Source of the DNA: Candidatus Portnoybacteria bacterium CG08_land_8_20_14_0_20_40_83
GTDB lineage: Bacteria > Patescibacteriota > Minisyncoccia > Portnoybacterales > GWB1-42-6
NCBI GenBank assembly: GCA_002774415.1
Contig: PEYL01000079.1
Location: 1-38,825 of the forward strand
Length of the DNA stretch: 38,825 nt
Direction of reading: 5' to 3'
Position 1 is the stretch's first letter; each line of letters starts with the position of its first letter. A program made the position numbers and the translations under genes. Positions 8,053 to 15,345 of the stretch are shown in pieces. The notes under the pieces are model-generated. The model made no database searches. It was not told the DNA's origin and worked only from the letters and a program-made list of their open reading frames with translations.

Positions 8053-8514
8053 TTACACCCTCCTTACTTTTCTCGGCCGACAGCCGTTGTGCGGTATCGG
8101 CGTTATATCTTTAATCGCTGAAATTTCAAGACCATGACTGCCCAACGCCCGGATTGCCGCTTCTCTGCCGCTGCCAATTCCCTTAACAAAAACTACAACC
8201 TCTCTGACACCCAATTTTTTAACTTTCTCCAAGACCGCCTCAACCACCTTTGAAGCAGCAAAGGGGGTTGCTTTCTTTGGACCCTTAAAGCCCAGTCCTC
8301 CCGAGCTTGCCCATGCCAAGACATCACCGTCCATAGTTGTCAGTGTCAGAATGGTATTATTATAGCTTGATTGAATAAAAGCCCTCGCTTTTTCAACCCT
8401 TCTTGATCTAATTTTGTCTGATCCTAAAACGGCTTTCTTTTGAGCAGCAGATAATTCCTGCTCTTCACGAAGCACATCTTGTTCAGATTGAGCAATAATT
8501 TTCTTTTTTCCCAT
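8053..8514 (-). CDS. rpsK: 30S ribosomal protein S11
   Basis: I prefer the ATG at 8514 (MGKKKIIAQ...). The track start at 8565 would translate the family A repeat. Core sequence: SSYNNTILTLTTMDGDVLAWASSGGLGFKGPKKATPFAA...VFVKGIGSGREAAIRAL...ITPIPHNGCRPRKVRR. Confidence 0.9.
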   Translation of the reverse strand: MGKKKIIAQSEQDVLREEQELSAAQKKAVLGSDKIRSRRVEKARAFIQSSYNNTILTLTTMDGDVLAWASSGGLGFKGPKKATPFAASKVVEAVLEKVKKLGVREVVVFVKGIGSGREAAIRALGSHGLEISAIKDITPIPHNGCRPRKVRRV

Positions 8515-8530
8515 AATTTTCTCTCTAAGA

Positions 8531-8681
8531 CGAGGCTTGTTGCGAGCAAAACATCGCGCAGCCACGCCCGCTATTTTTTTATTACTTTCTAAGGCGTGGC
8601 GAGCGTGAGCAGCAGCTGAATGATAACCTTATATTCTGAATCAACGGGCTGACTGCGTTTTTGCGAGCCAACAAACCGAGG
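8531..8681 (-). repeat. Structured intercistronic element, family A, copy 2 (rpsM stop to rpsK start)
   Basis: It shares AAAACATCGCGCAGC, GAGCGTGAGCAGCAGC and GCTGACTGCGTTTTTG with the other copies. The inner helix is GCCACGCC (8561-8568) / GGCGTGGC (8593-8600). It ends at the base next to the rpsM stop codon (8682-8684). Confidence 0.85.
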
Positions 8682-9071
8682 CTATGTTTTCTCCGCTGCC
8701 GGCCTTCTGCCAGAACCCATGGTCTTTCGAACATTTCCTCTCACGGTTCTGGTGTTTGTCCTAGTTCTTTGGCCCCTAACCGGCAGGCCCCTTATGTGGC
8801 GAACTCCGCGATAAGAACCAATGTCTTTCAACCTCTTTATGTTCATCATCCGCTCCCGCCGCAATTCGCCTTCGATCTTATATTTTTTTTCAATAATATC
8901 TTTTAATAAATTAAGCTGTTCAGCTGAAAGTTTATTTGCTTTAAGATTTAGGTCAATTTTTGCTTGACTTAAAATTTTACTGCTCAAAGAACGCCCGATT
9001 CCATAGATATGGGTTAAAGCAATCTCCATTCTTTTATTGTCCGGAATGTTTACTCCTGCAATTCTTGGCAT
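8682..9071 (-). CDS. rpsM: 30S ribosomal protein S13
   Basis: I prefer the ATG at 9071 (MPRIAGVNIPDNKRMEIALTHIYGIGRS...). The track start at 9095 is a TTG. The C-terminus is YRGVRHIRGLPVRGQRTRTN. Confidence 0.92.
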   Translation of the reverse strand: MPRIAGVNIPDNKRMEIALTHIYGIGRSLSSKILSQAKIDLNLKANKLSAEQLNLLKDIIEKKYKIEGELRRERMMNIKRLKDIGSYRGVRHIRGLPVRGQRTRTNTRTVRGNVRKTMGSGRRPAAEKT

Positions 9072-9182
9072 ATATATAAAATTTTCAATTACCAATTTTC
9101 AATTTCCAATCCAGTCCCGCGAAGCGGGATATTTTAGAAATTGGGAATTAGAAATTAGAAATTCTTTTGCGGAGCAAAAGCT

Positions 9183-9296
9183 TTATCCCTGTCTCTGTTT
9201 ATGTTTTTTATTTGAACAAATCACATAAACCCGTCCCTTGCGGTGGACAATCTTGCATTTTGCACAAAATTTTTTGACTGAAGCTCGTACTTTCAT
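9183..9296 (-). CDS. rpmJ: 50S ribosomal protein L36
   Basis: Too short for the ORF track. My translation from ATG 9296-9294 is [37 protein letters not shown], with stop TAA at 9185-9183. It sits in the expected slot between infA and rpsM. Confidence 0.9.
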   Translation of the reverse strand: MKVRASVKKFCAKCKIVHRKGRVYVICSNKKHKQRQG

Positions 9297-9323
9297 ACTT
9301 TTTATTTTAGCTTCTATAAATAA

Positions 9324-9463
9324 ATCCCGTTACATCCGCCCCTTAGACAAGGTATTCAAGAAGTTCTCTTCTTTTTATTTTCCATTCACCCCGTTAGAAA
9401 TAAAATTTCTAACGGGGTTCATCCTTTGCCTAAAAGGCAGGGGATTTCTGGATGTAACGGGAT
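9324..9463. repeat. Nested palindromic element filling the infA-rpmJ spacer
   Basis: Perfect 14-bp terminal inverted repeats ATCCCGTTACATCC (9324-9337) / GGATGTAACGGGAT (9450-9463). They enclose a 14-bp-stem hairpin ACCCCGTTAGAAAT-aaa-ATTTCTAACGGGGT (9388-9418), which is a mini version of family B. Confidence 0.8.
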
Positions 9464-9524
9464 AAATCATAAAAAAGACGGATACAAAAGATTTTCATCT
9501 GTTATCCGCTTTAGATAATATCTG

Positions 9525-9746
9525 CTAAGATAACCGCTGAATAATTCTACCTCGACTTGAATCGTATAAGCTCAATTCCACTTTTACTCTATCTCCCGGC
9601 AGTATACGAATATAATTTAGCCGCATGCGGCCCGATAAATGAGCTAAAATCTCATCTCCATTCTCTACCCTAACCTTAAAAAGGGTACTGGGCAATGCTT
9701 CAATAACTTCTCCAATTTTTATAATTTTTTCTTTTTGGTTAGACAC
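9525..9746 (-). CDS. infA: Translation initiation factor IF-1
   Basis: 73 aa with an S1-like fold signature: [61 protein letters not shown]. Confidence 0.93.
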   Translation of the reverse strand: MSNQKEKIIKIGEVIEALPSTLFKVRVENGDEILAHLSGRMRLNYIRILPGDRVKVELSLYDSSRGRIIQRLS

Positions 9747-9828
9747 TCCTTGTTTTAGATTACTCTGTCTAAAATACTGCTAAGTTATCTGATTTTCCCC
9801 CATATTGGGCTTAGATAATCCTCGGTTT

Positions 9829-9857
9829 ATATTATAACGCAATTTAAAATTAGTCAA
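9829..9857 (-). promoter_or_regulatory. Possible promoter for infA whose -35 lies in the terminus of a family B repeat
   Basis: The minus strand reads TTGACT (9857-9852), then a 15-nt spacer to TATAAT (9836-9831) or a 17-nt spacer to TAATAT (9834-9829). This is about 80 nt upstream of the infA ATG. Confidence 0.35.
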
Positions 9858-9972
9858 CCCCGTTAGAAGTTTAACTCGCCGACTGCATAATCTCACAAAG
9901 GTAAGCCGTAGGCAATTCGATAAAGAATTATCTTCCCGCCTCAAAAACTAATTGAACTTCTAACAGGGTCAA
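9854..9972. repeat. Family B MITE-like element (TCAACCCCGTTAGAAGTT ... GAACTTCTAACAGGGTCA), copy 1
   Basis: ~18-nt terminal inverted repeats with an ~85-nt interior containing AGCCGTAGGC. An extra partial end TCAACCCCGTTG lies at 9969-9980. The second full copy is at 25116-25232. Confidence 0.8.
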
Positions 9973-10015
9973 CCCCGTTGAATAATTTTTTATGCAAATT
10001 AAAATTTTTCAATTT

Positions 10016-11815
10016 TTATTTAACGGAGTCAATAATGATATTAATTTTGTCAATCTGCTTGGGTATGCTTTTTGCCCAAAAGGGCCAAAGCGAAAATTGG
10101 GCTTCTTTTATTTCCTGACGACCAGATAATATTTGGCGTACCTCGCTTTGTTGCTTTCCGGCAATTAATTTTTTTATTTCTTCCTGATTCACCTTCCAAA
10201 TGATTTCTTGAGAACCGGCGACGCCGAAACTCATCTGGCCTTTGTCAATGTCGATTTTCATGTCTTTATAATTAAATGATATCTGATTAACCATTTCTTT
10301 GTTGCCGTCAAGATTATCAGATAAACTCCCCTGCAATAAACTATAAACATCTGCCTCTTTGAATACCAAGACCGTTGCCAAGCTTGTTATAGAAAGCATA
10401 AATTTTTCTGCTTTGCCCCCGACATCAACCGATGGTTTTATTTCGGTAATCTTTGTTTCAGTTGCGCCCTCCAAAACTTTCAGGTCACTGGAAATTTGCG
10501 CAGCTAAATCTGTCTGAATTTTTTGATTTAAGCTTTCCGAAATTTTGCTCTTGGCATTGTCAAAATCGTCTTGCGTTACAACTTTTACATTTTCGGTAGA
10601 ACCACCGCTCATTGACCCCTTCGATTTACCGTAAAATCCCGCATATTTTGGCGAGTCCTGAAAACCGGGGATTGAAAAATTGCTCGGCCCGATGTTATAG
10701 GCGGCACCCGGCTGATCTGCTTCAACATCAACATCCAGAAAGCTGGCCAAAATTTTGCCCTCTTCAATCTTTGCACCCGGAATCCTAATTGTTTTTGTCA
10801 ATCGGAATATTTTACCATCCTGTGAAAGAAACCGCGTTGTTTCTACCAATGCTTGGGGACTGGAACTGTAGGCATTATAAACTGTTATTGTCCCTTTGGC
10901 TTTTTCGTTTAATTGACGCCGGCCGGTAGCTAAAAATTCCTGGCTGTCTCTTTCCTCTAGTTTTACAAGCTGGGCGGGTATTTTATTTGAAGCTACATCA
11001 ATTTGCGATAAATTTTTATCGGCCAGTACTTTAAAATCAAACGGTATCTGCTCCCTTTTTGCAGTAATTGAAACGTCGGCTTTTGGCAAAACCAGATAAA
11101 AGATGACCCCGGCGATAATAATTGCAGAAATAATAAATATGCCAAAAATCTTTTTTGGAAATGAAGAAACAGTGCTGATTGCCTCGCGTGATTTTTCTTG
11201 ATTTTCAGCAGGATAAACAAGCGGTTTTTTTGCAATATCTTCTTGCTTATAAGACTTAATTTCAAAATTTTCTTTTATAGGAATACTCTCTTCTTTTTCA
11301 AAAATTTGTTGCTTGCCTAAAATTTTTGATTCTGTTTCCTCCCTATGCTCAAGCAATAAATCGGCTGATTTTTCAGAAATATCTTCAATTTTTTTTGTGG
11401 TCAATTTGCCAGGCGGAGGGGCTCCCGATTTAATGATATCGCTCATCCGCAAAGACGAAGATTTTTTTTCTTCCTTAAGAAATTTTTTAAATTCATCAGG
11501 CGTCACCTGTTCCTGCAAAATAGCGTCTTCCGGGCGCTCGAGATGCTCATCTAACTGTTCGGGTAGCGATTCACTCACTGAAAAACCCGTCTTTTTTGCC
11601 AGACGCTGCACAGCCGAGTCTTGAGAAACAATAGTAACTTTTTTTCTTAAATTATCTGCTTCCCTTTTTAGCAACTTAAGATTAACTAAACTCTGACTGA
11701 TTACTGCTCCCTCCGGTATCACCAAAAAAAGCTCCTCTTCTTTGGTCCTGATGAGTTTATCAATCACCGAAGTTATTTCTTCATTTGCGTTTATATAAAT
11801 ATTTTTTTCATTCAT
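10016..11815 (-). CDS. Hypothetical single-pass membrane protein (599 aa)
   Basis: Long ORF with a cytoplasmic N-terminal domain, an acidic linker, TM segment IFGIFIISAIIIAGVIFYLVL, and a large beta-rich C-terminal ectodomain. I cannot assign a family from sequence alone. Confidence 0.55.
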   Translation of the reverse strand: MNEKNIYINANEEITSVIDKLIRTKEEELFLVIPEGAVISQSLVNLKLLKREADNLRKKVTIVSQDSAVQRLAKKTGFSVSESLPEQLDEHLERPEDAILQEQVTPDEFKKFLKEEKKSSSLRMSDIIKSGAPPPGKLTTKKIEDISEKSADLLLEHREETESKILGKQQIFEKEESIPIKENFEIKSYKQEDIAKKPLVYPAENQEKSREAISTVSSFPKKIFGIFIISAIIIAGVIFYLVLPKADVSITAKREQIPFDFKVLADKNLSQIDVASNKIPAQLVKLEERDSQEFLATGRRQLNEKAKGTITVYNAYSSSPQALVETTRFLSQDGKIFRLTKTIRIPGAKIEEGKILASFLDVDVEADQPGAAYNIGPSNFSIPGFQDSPKYAGFYGKSKGSMSGGSTENVKVVTQDDFDNAKSKISESLNQKIQTDLAAQISSDLKVLEGATETKITEIKPSVDVGGKAEKFMLSITSLATVLVFKEADVYSLLQGSLSDNLDGNKEMVNQISFNYKDMKIDIDKGQMSFGVAGSQEIIWKVNQEEIKKLIAGKQQSEVRQILSGRQEIKEAQFSLWPFWAKSIPKQIDKINIIIDSVK

Positions 11816-11845
11816 GCTTTTTCTTCTAATAAATTTTTACTAAAA

Positions 11846-11883
11846 GCGGGACGACTACGGTTTTGCAAGTCAATAAACCGAGA
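11846..11883 (-). repeat. Family A half-copy (stop-proximal arm only)
   Basis: GCGGGACGACTACGGTTTTGCAAGTCAATAAACCGAGA aligns with 8645-8681 (CGGGCTGACTGCGTTTTTGCGAGCCAACAAACCGAGG). It abuts the ftsA-like stop codon at 11884-11886. Confidence 0.6.
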
Positions 11884-13146
11884 TTATGTCTGCATTAATC
11901 TGATGGCTCGGCGCAACATCGGCGCAAAAAGGCCCTCTTCTTCGCCCAGAAGCTGGGTCGATAAACTTGCCAGCGCTAAAGGAGTGACATCTTTCGGCTC
12001 TTTAAGCCTGCCTGTTTTATCTTCTATACTAATAATTTTGGCCGGGTCAATAAAATTAACTTCAGGCGCCTGTAGTACCGGCAAATCGTGAATCCATTCA
12101 CCGCTTTCCAATGCCTTTTTTATTCCCAACAGACTGCTTCCTCCTCCGCATAATAAAATTTTAGGAGGCAAAGGGCTTAATTTTGAAAATTCATTAAGTG
12201 CCAAATTAACCCCTGATAACCAGACTTTGATATCTTGACGAAAGATATCGGAAATTTTCTTTTTTACACCGGAAGAAATTTCCCCGCTGCTATATTTTAA
12301 TTTTATCTGTTCGGCTTGCGCAAAATCAAGCGATAAATTGTCGCAAAGCCTTTTTGTAAATGCTCTGCCGCCTAAAGCAAAAGATTTTATTCCTTCAAGA
12401 CCGCCTTGGCGCATAAGTGCTATATCGGTTGTGCCGCCGCCGATATCAATAAAGATCGCGTCGCCGCCGCCTTCTATATCAACTGAGCGCGCGATTGCAT
12501 ATGGCTCGGCCGCAATAAAAAGAAGTTCAAGATTTAAGGCTTTTGCAATAGAATTTATTGCGCCCAAATGCATCAGCGGCGCATAGGCATTAAAAACGCC
12601 TAAGGTTATTTCTCGTCCCTGAAATCCAAGCGGGTTGGTCACCTGGTATCCGTCAATTTTAACATCAACTATCGTTGCATTAATTAATTTTACCTCAATT
12701 TCAGAAATGCCGCTTTCTTCTGCCAAATCCTGCCTTATTTTATTAAACGCCTTCCATTGAATTTTCTGGATGATATTTTTTAATTCCGGCAGTTCAATTT
12801 TTTGCTTTTGGTCTTCTCTTTCGCAGGCAAAAGAAAAAGTTGCCCCTTTGACAAATTCGCCGGCAATTCCGATAACTGCCTGACTTATTTTCTCTTTAGC
12901 TTCTTTTTGCCCTGTTTCAATCGCCTTTCTGCAGGTTTGCGCCACTCCCGGAATATCAGTCACCGCTCCCGCTATCATATGAGAGGTTTTCTGAGGCTCA
13001 AAACCAGCTCCTATAATTTCTCCTTTTTTATTATTTTCGTCTATTCTGACGATCAGCGCTTTAACAAATTCCGTCCCGATATCCAAAGCTAAAAGGCAAT
13101 TGCCTTTTATTTTGCTTCTGCCTAAAATTTTATCAAAAAAACTCAT
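11884..13146 (-). CDS. ftsA: FtsA-like actin-family ATPase (cell division)
   Basis: LALDIGTEFVKALIV (phosphate 1), IFIDIGGGTTDIALM (phosphate 2), ILLCGGGSSLLGIKKAL (adenosine), and a C-terminal amphipathic tail LFAPMLRRAIRLMQT typical of FtsA membrane targeting. PilM cannot be fully excluded. Confidence 0.7.
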   Translation of the reverse strand: MSFFDKILGRSKIKGNCLLALDIGTEFVKALIVRIDENNKKGEIIGAGFEPQKTSHMIAGAVTDIPGVAQTCRKAIETGQKEAKEKISQAVIGIAGEFVKGATFSFACEREDQKQKIELPELKNIIQKIQWKAFNKIRQDLAEESGISEIEVKLINATIVDVKIDGYQVTNPLGFQGREITLGVFNAYAPLMHLGAINSIAKALNLELLFIAAEPYAIARSVDIEGGGDAIFIDIGGGTTDIALMRQGGLEGIKSFALGGRAFTKRLCDNLSLDFAQAEQIKLKYSSGEISSGVKKKISDIFRQDIKVWLSGVNLALNEFSKLSPLPPKILLCGGGSSLLGIKKALESGEWIHDLPVLQAPEVNFIDPAKIISIEDKTGRLKEPKDVTPLALASLSTQLLGEEEGLFAPMLRRAIRLMQT

Positions 13147-13155
13147 TTACTTTAA

Positions 13156-13321
13156 GGCGAGGGCACCTGCCGAGAAAAACATCGCGCAGCTGCGCTCAAT
13201 AATAACTTGCTTTTTCCAAGTCAATACTTAGCGCAGCGAGCGCTGAGCAGCGGCCAGCTGATAACTGCCTTTTACTTTTTTCGGGCCGACTGCGTTTTTT
13301 GGAGGCAGATGACCGAGCTCC
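13156..13321 (-). repeat. Structured intercistronic element, family A, copy 3 (alaS stop to ftsA-like start)
   Basis: It carries AAAAACATCGCGCAGC, GAGCGCTGAGCAGCGGC and GCCGACTGCGTTTTTTGGAGGCA. The inner helix is GCTGCGCT (13189-13196) / AGCGCAGC (13230-13237). It ends 1 nt from the alaS stop (13323-13325). Confidence 0.85.
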
Positions 13322-13322
13322 T

Positions 13323-15200
13323 TTATTCTAAAACTGCTTTTATTCTTCTGGCTCCCGCGCTCACCGATTCTTCTTTTAAAATTTTAAAATGACCCAGCTG
13401 TCCTATCTTTTCAACATGCGGCCCTCCGCATATTTCCTTACTAAATATTTTACCATTTTCAGCGATTGTGTAAACCTTAACTTTTTCCCCATAGCGGGAT
13501 TCAAAAACTCCCATTGCTCCCTGCTCTTTTGCTTCGTCAAGACTCATTTCTTCCATTTTAACTGGCAAGTCCCGAACAATTGTCTGATTCACCAAATCTT
13601 CAACTTGTTTTATTTGCTCCAGTGTCAACTTTTGGGGATGAGAAAAATCAAAACGCAGACGCTCGGCTGTAATATTTGAACCTTTCTGGGTTACATGGCT
13701 TCCCAAAACCTGCCGTAAAGCCGCCAGCATCAAATGCGCGGCGGTGTGATATTTTACCACGTGCTCTGAATGGTCTGCCAACCCGCCCTTAAATTTCTGC
13801 TCTGCACCAGCGCGGGAAAGTTCCTGATGTTTTTTCAAAGATTCATGAAATTGCTGTAAAATTCTATTTTCATCATCTTTCGTTAATTCGGTAATACTAA
13901 CTCCTTGTTCACGATTATATTCTTGATATAATTTTTTAATTTCCTCAAGACTCATTTCTATCGGAAATCCATATGTAGAATAGAGATTAAATAAAACATC
14001 GCCACTTAATCCATATTCTGTAAAAAATGATTTTGAGAGAAAAGAAATAGTTTTTTTTGGCTTCATTTTTTCAAGCACCTTCAGCCCCTTTTCTAGCGTT
14101 TTAGTAAATTTTTCCTCCTCTCTTACTAATTGTTCTTCAATAAACATACGATTACTGGATAGTTCCAGATAAACATCCCGATACATTTCAATCACCACAT
14201 TCGCGATTTTAAAAGTAAAAATATCATTTATGCCGAGTTGTTTGCCATACCGCACTGCTCTGCGTATAAGACGACGGAGCACATAACCTCGTTCAACATT
14301 AGACGGTTCAACTCCTTCTGCCAAAATAAATGTCGCCGCTTTCAAATGATCAGCAATAATTCTGAATGTTTTAATATTTTCTCCTTCGTATTTTTTATTG
14401 CTGATTTCTTCTATTTTTTTAATAAGAGGTTTAAATAATTCTGTGTCGTAAACATTGTCAAAACCGTCAAGAACAGCGATTGTGCGCTCAACGCCCATGC
14501 CCGTATCAACATTTTTTTGTTTTAGCTGCTCAAATTTTCCTTCCGCAGTTTTGTTAAATTCCATAAAAACATCATTCCAGATTTCCGCGTATTTTCCGCA
14601 TTTGCAGCCGGGTTTGCAATCGGAACCGCATTTTTCTTTTCCCGTGTCATAAAACATTTCAGAACAAGGCCCGCAAGGCCCGGTTTGCCCGGCCGGCCCC
14701 CACCAATTTTCTTCTTTGGACAAATAAAAAATCCTCTCTTTGGGAATGCCTAAACTTTCCCATATCTTAGCTGACTCTTCATCGCGGGTGGCTTGCCCTG
14801 AGTTTATCGAAGGGTCACCGGCGAATACCGTGACGCTTAACTTTTCAGACGAAATTCCTAAATAATCTCTACCGGTTAAAAACTCAAAACTCCATTCAAT
14901 CGCTTCTTTTTTCCAATAGTCGCCAAGCGACCAATTACCCAGCATTTCAAAAAAAGTCAGATGCCAGGAATCACCTACATCATCAATATCTCCTGTCCTT
15001 ATGCATTTTTGAACATTAACCAATCTTTTTCCGCCAGGATGCTTCTCGCCCAAAAGGAACGAAGTTAAAGGATGCATCCCCGCAGTCGTAAAAAGCACGG
15101 TTGGGTCGTGCTCTGGGATTAAAGAGGCCGAAGGAATGATAGCGTGGTCTCTTTCTTTGAAAAAATTCAAATATTTTTCACGGAGTTCATTCGCGGTCAT
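13323..15200 (-). CDS. alaS: Alanine--tRNA ligase, short form lacking the C-terminal C-Ala/DHHA1 region
   Basis: I prefer the ATG at 15200 (MTANELREKYLNFFKERDHAIIPSASLIP...). The track start at 15236 is a TTG. The catalytic core FTTAGM...WGPAGQTGPCGPCSE...FMEFN is present, as is the editing-domain pair HTAAHLMLAALRQVLG and CGGPHV. At ~625 aa it is shorter than the ~870 aa of typical bacterial AlaS. Confidence 0.9.
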   Translation of the reverse strand: MTANELREKYLNFFKERDHAIIPSASLIPEHDPTVLFTTAGMHPLTSFLLGEKHPGGKRLVNVQKCIRTGDIDDVGDSWHLTFFEMLGNWSLGDYWKKEAIEWSFEFLTGRDYLGISSEKLSVTVFAGDPSINSGQATRDEESAKIWESLGIPKERIFYLSKEENWWGPAGQTGPCGPCSEMFYDTGKEKCGSDCKPGCKCGKYAEIWNDVFMEFNKTAEGKFEQLKQKNVDTGMGVERTIAVLDGFDNVYDTELFKPLIKKIEEISNKKYEGENIKTFRIIADHLKAATFILAEGVEPSNVERGYVLRRLIRRAVRYGKQLGINDIFTFKIANVVIEMYRDVYLELSSNRMFIEEQLVREEEKFTKTLEKGLKVLEKMKPKKTISFLSKSFFTEYGLSGDVLFNLYSTYGFPIEMSLEEIKKLYQEYNREQGVSITELTKDDENRILQQFHESLKKHQELSRAGAEQKFKGGLADHSEHVVKYHTAAHLMLAALRQVLGSHVTQKGSNITAERLRFDFSHPQKLTLEQIKQVEDLVNQTIVRDLPVKMEEMSLDEAKEQGAMGVFESRYGEKVKVYTIAENGKIFSKEICGGPHVEKIGQLGHFKILKEESVSAGARRIKAVLE

Positions 15201-15345
15201 TAGCAATAGTTTAACACAAAATCTTGTGCTTGCCAATAAAAACCATTCTTCTTTTTTCCCTCTCCTCTCGTATTTCCAAGAAGGTCTTTCCGTCGCGAAG
15301 GACTTTTATTTTTTTACAGTAATGTTTCATTTTGATACGATCGTA

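Noticed and set aside
8515-8565. N-terminal extensions of track ORFs: rpsK to 8565, rpsM to 9095, alaS to 15236, secD to 24242, RRM protein to 25053, pdaD to 35580, murB to 37384
   Set aside because: Most of the extended starts are TTG codons. The extensions translate repeat or leader sequence and precede an ATG that aligns with the conserved N-terminus of the family. I used the internal ATG starts.
9238-9465. 75-aa plus-strand ORF in the infA-rpmJ spacer
   Set aside because: It is translated entirely from the nested palindromic repeat (9324-9463) and overlaps rpmJ antisense at its start. It has no RBS and no motif.
6951-13321. Whether the recurring GC-rich elements could be a CRISPR array
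   Set aside because: The copies are 150-165 nt long and internally structured. They are separated by whole genes rather than by 25-40-nt spacers, and they are not direct repeats of uniform length. No cas genes are present.
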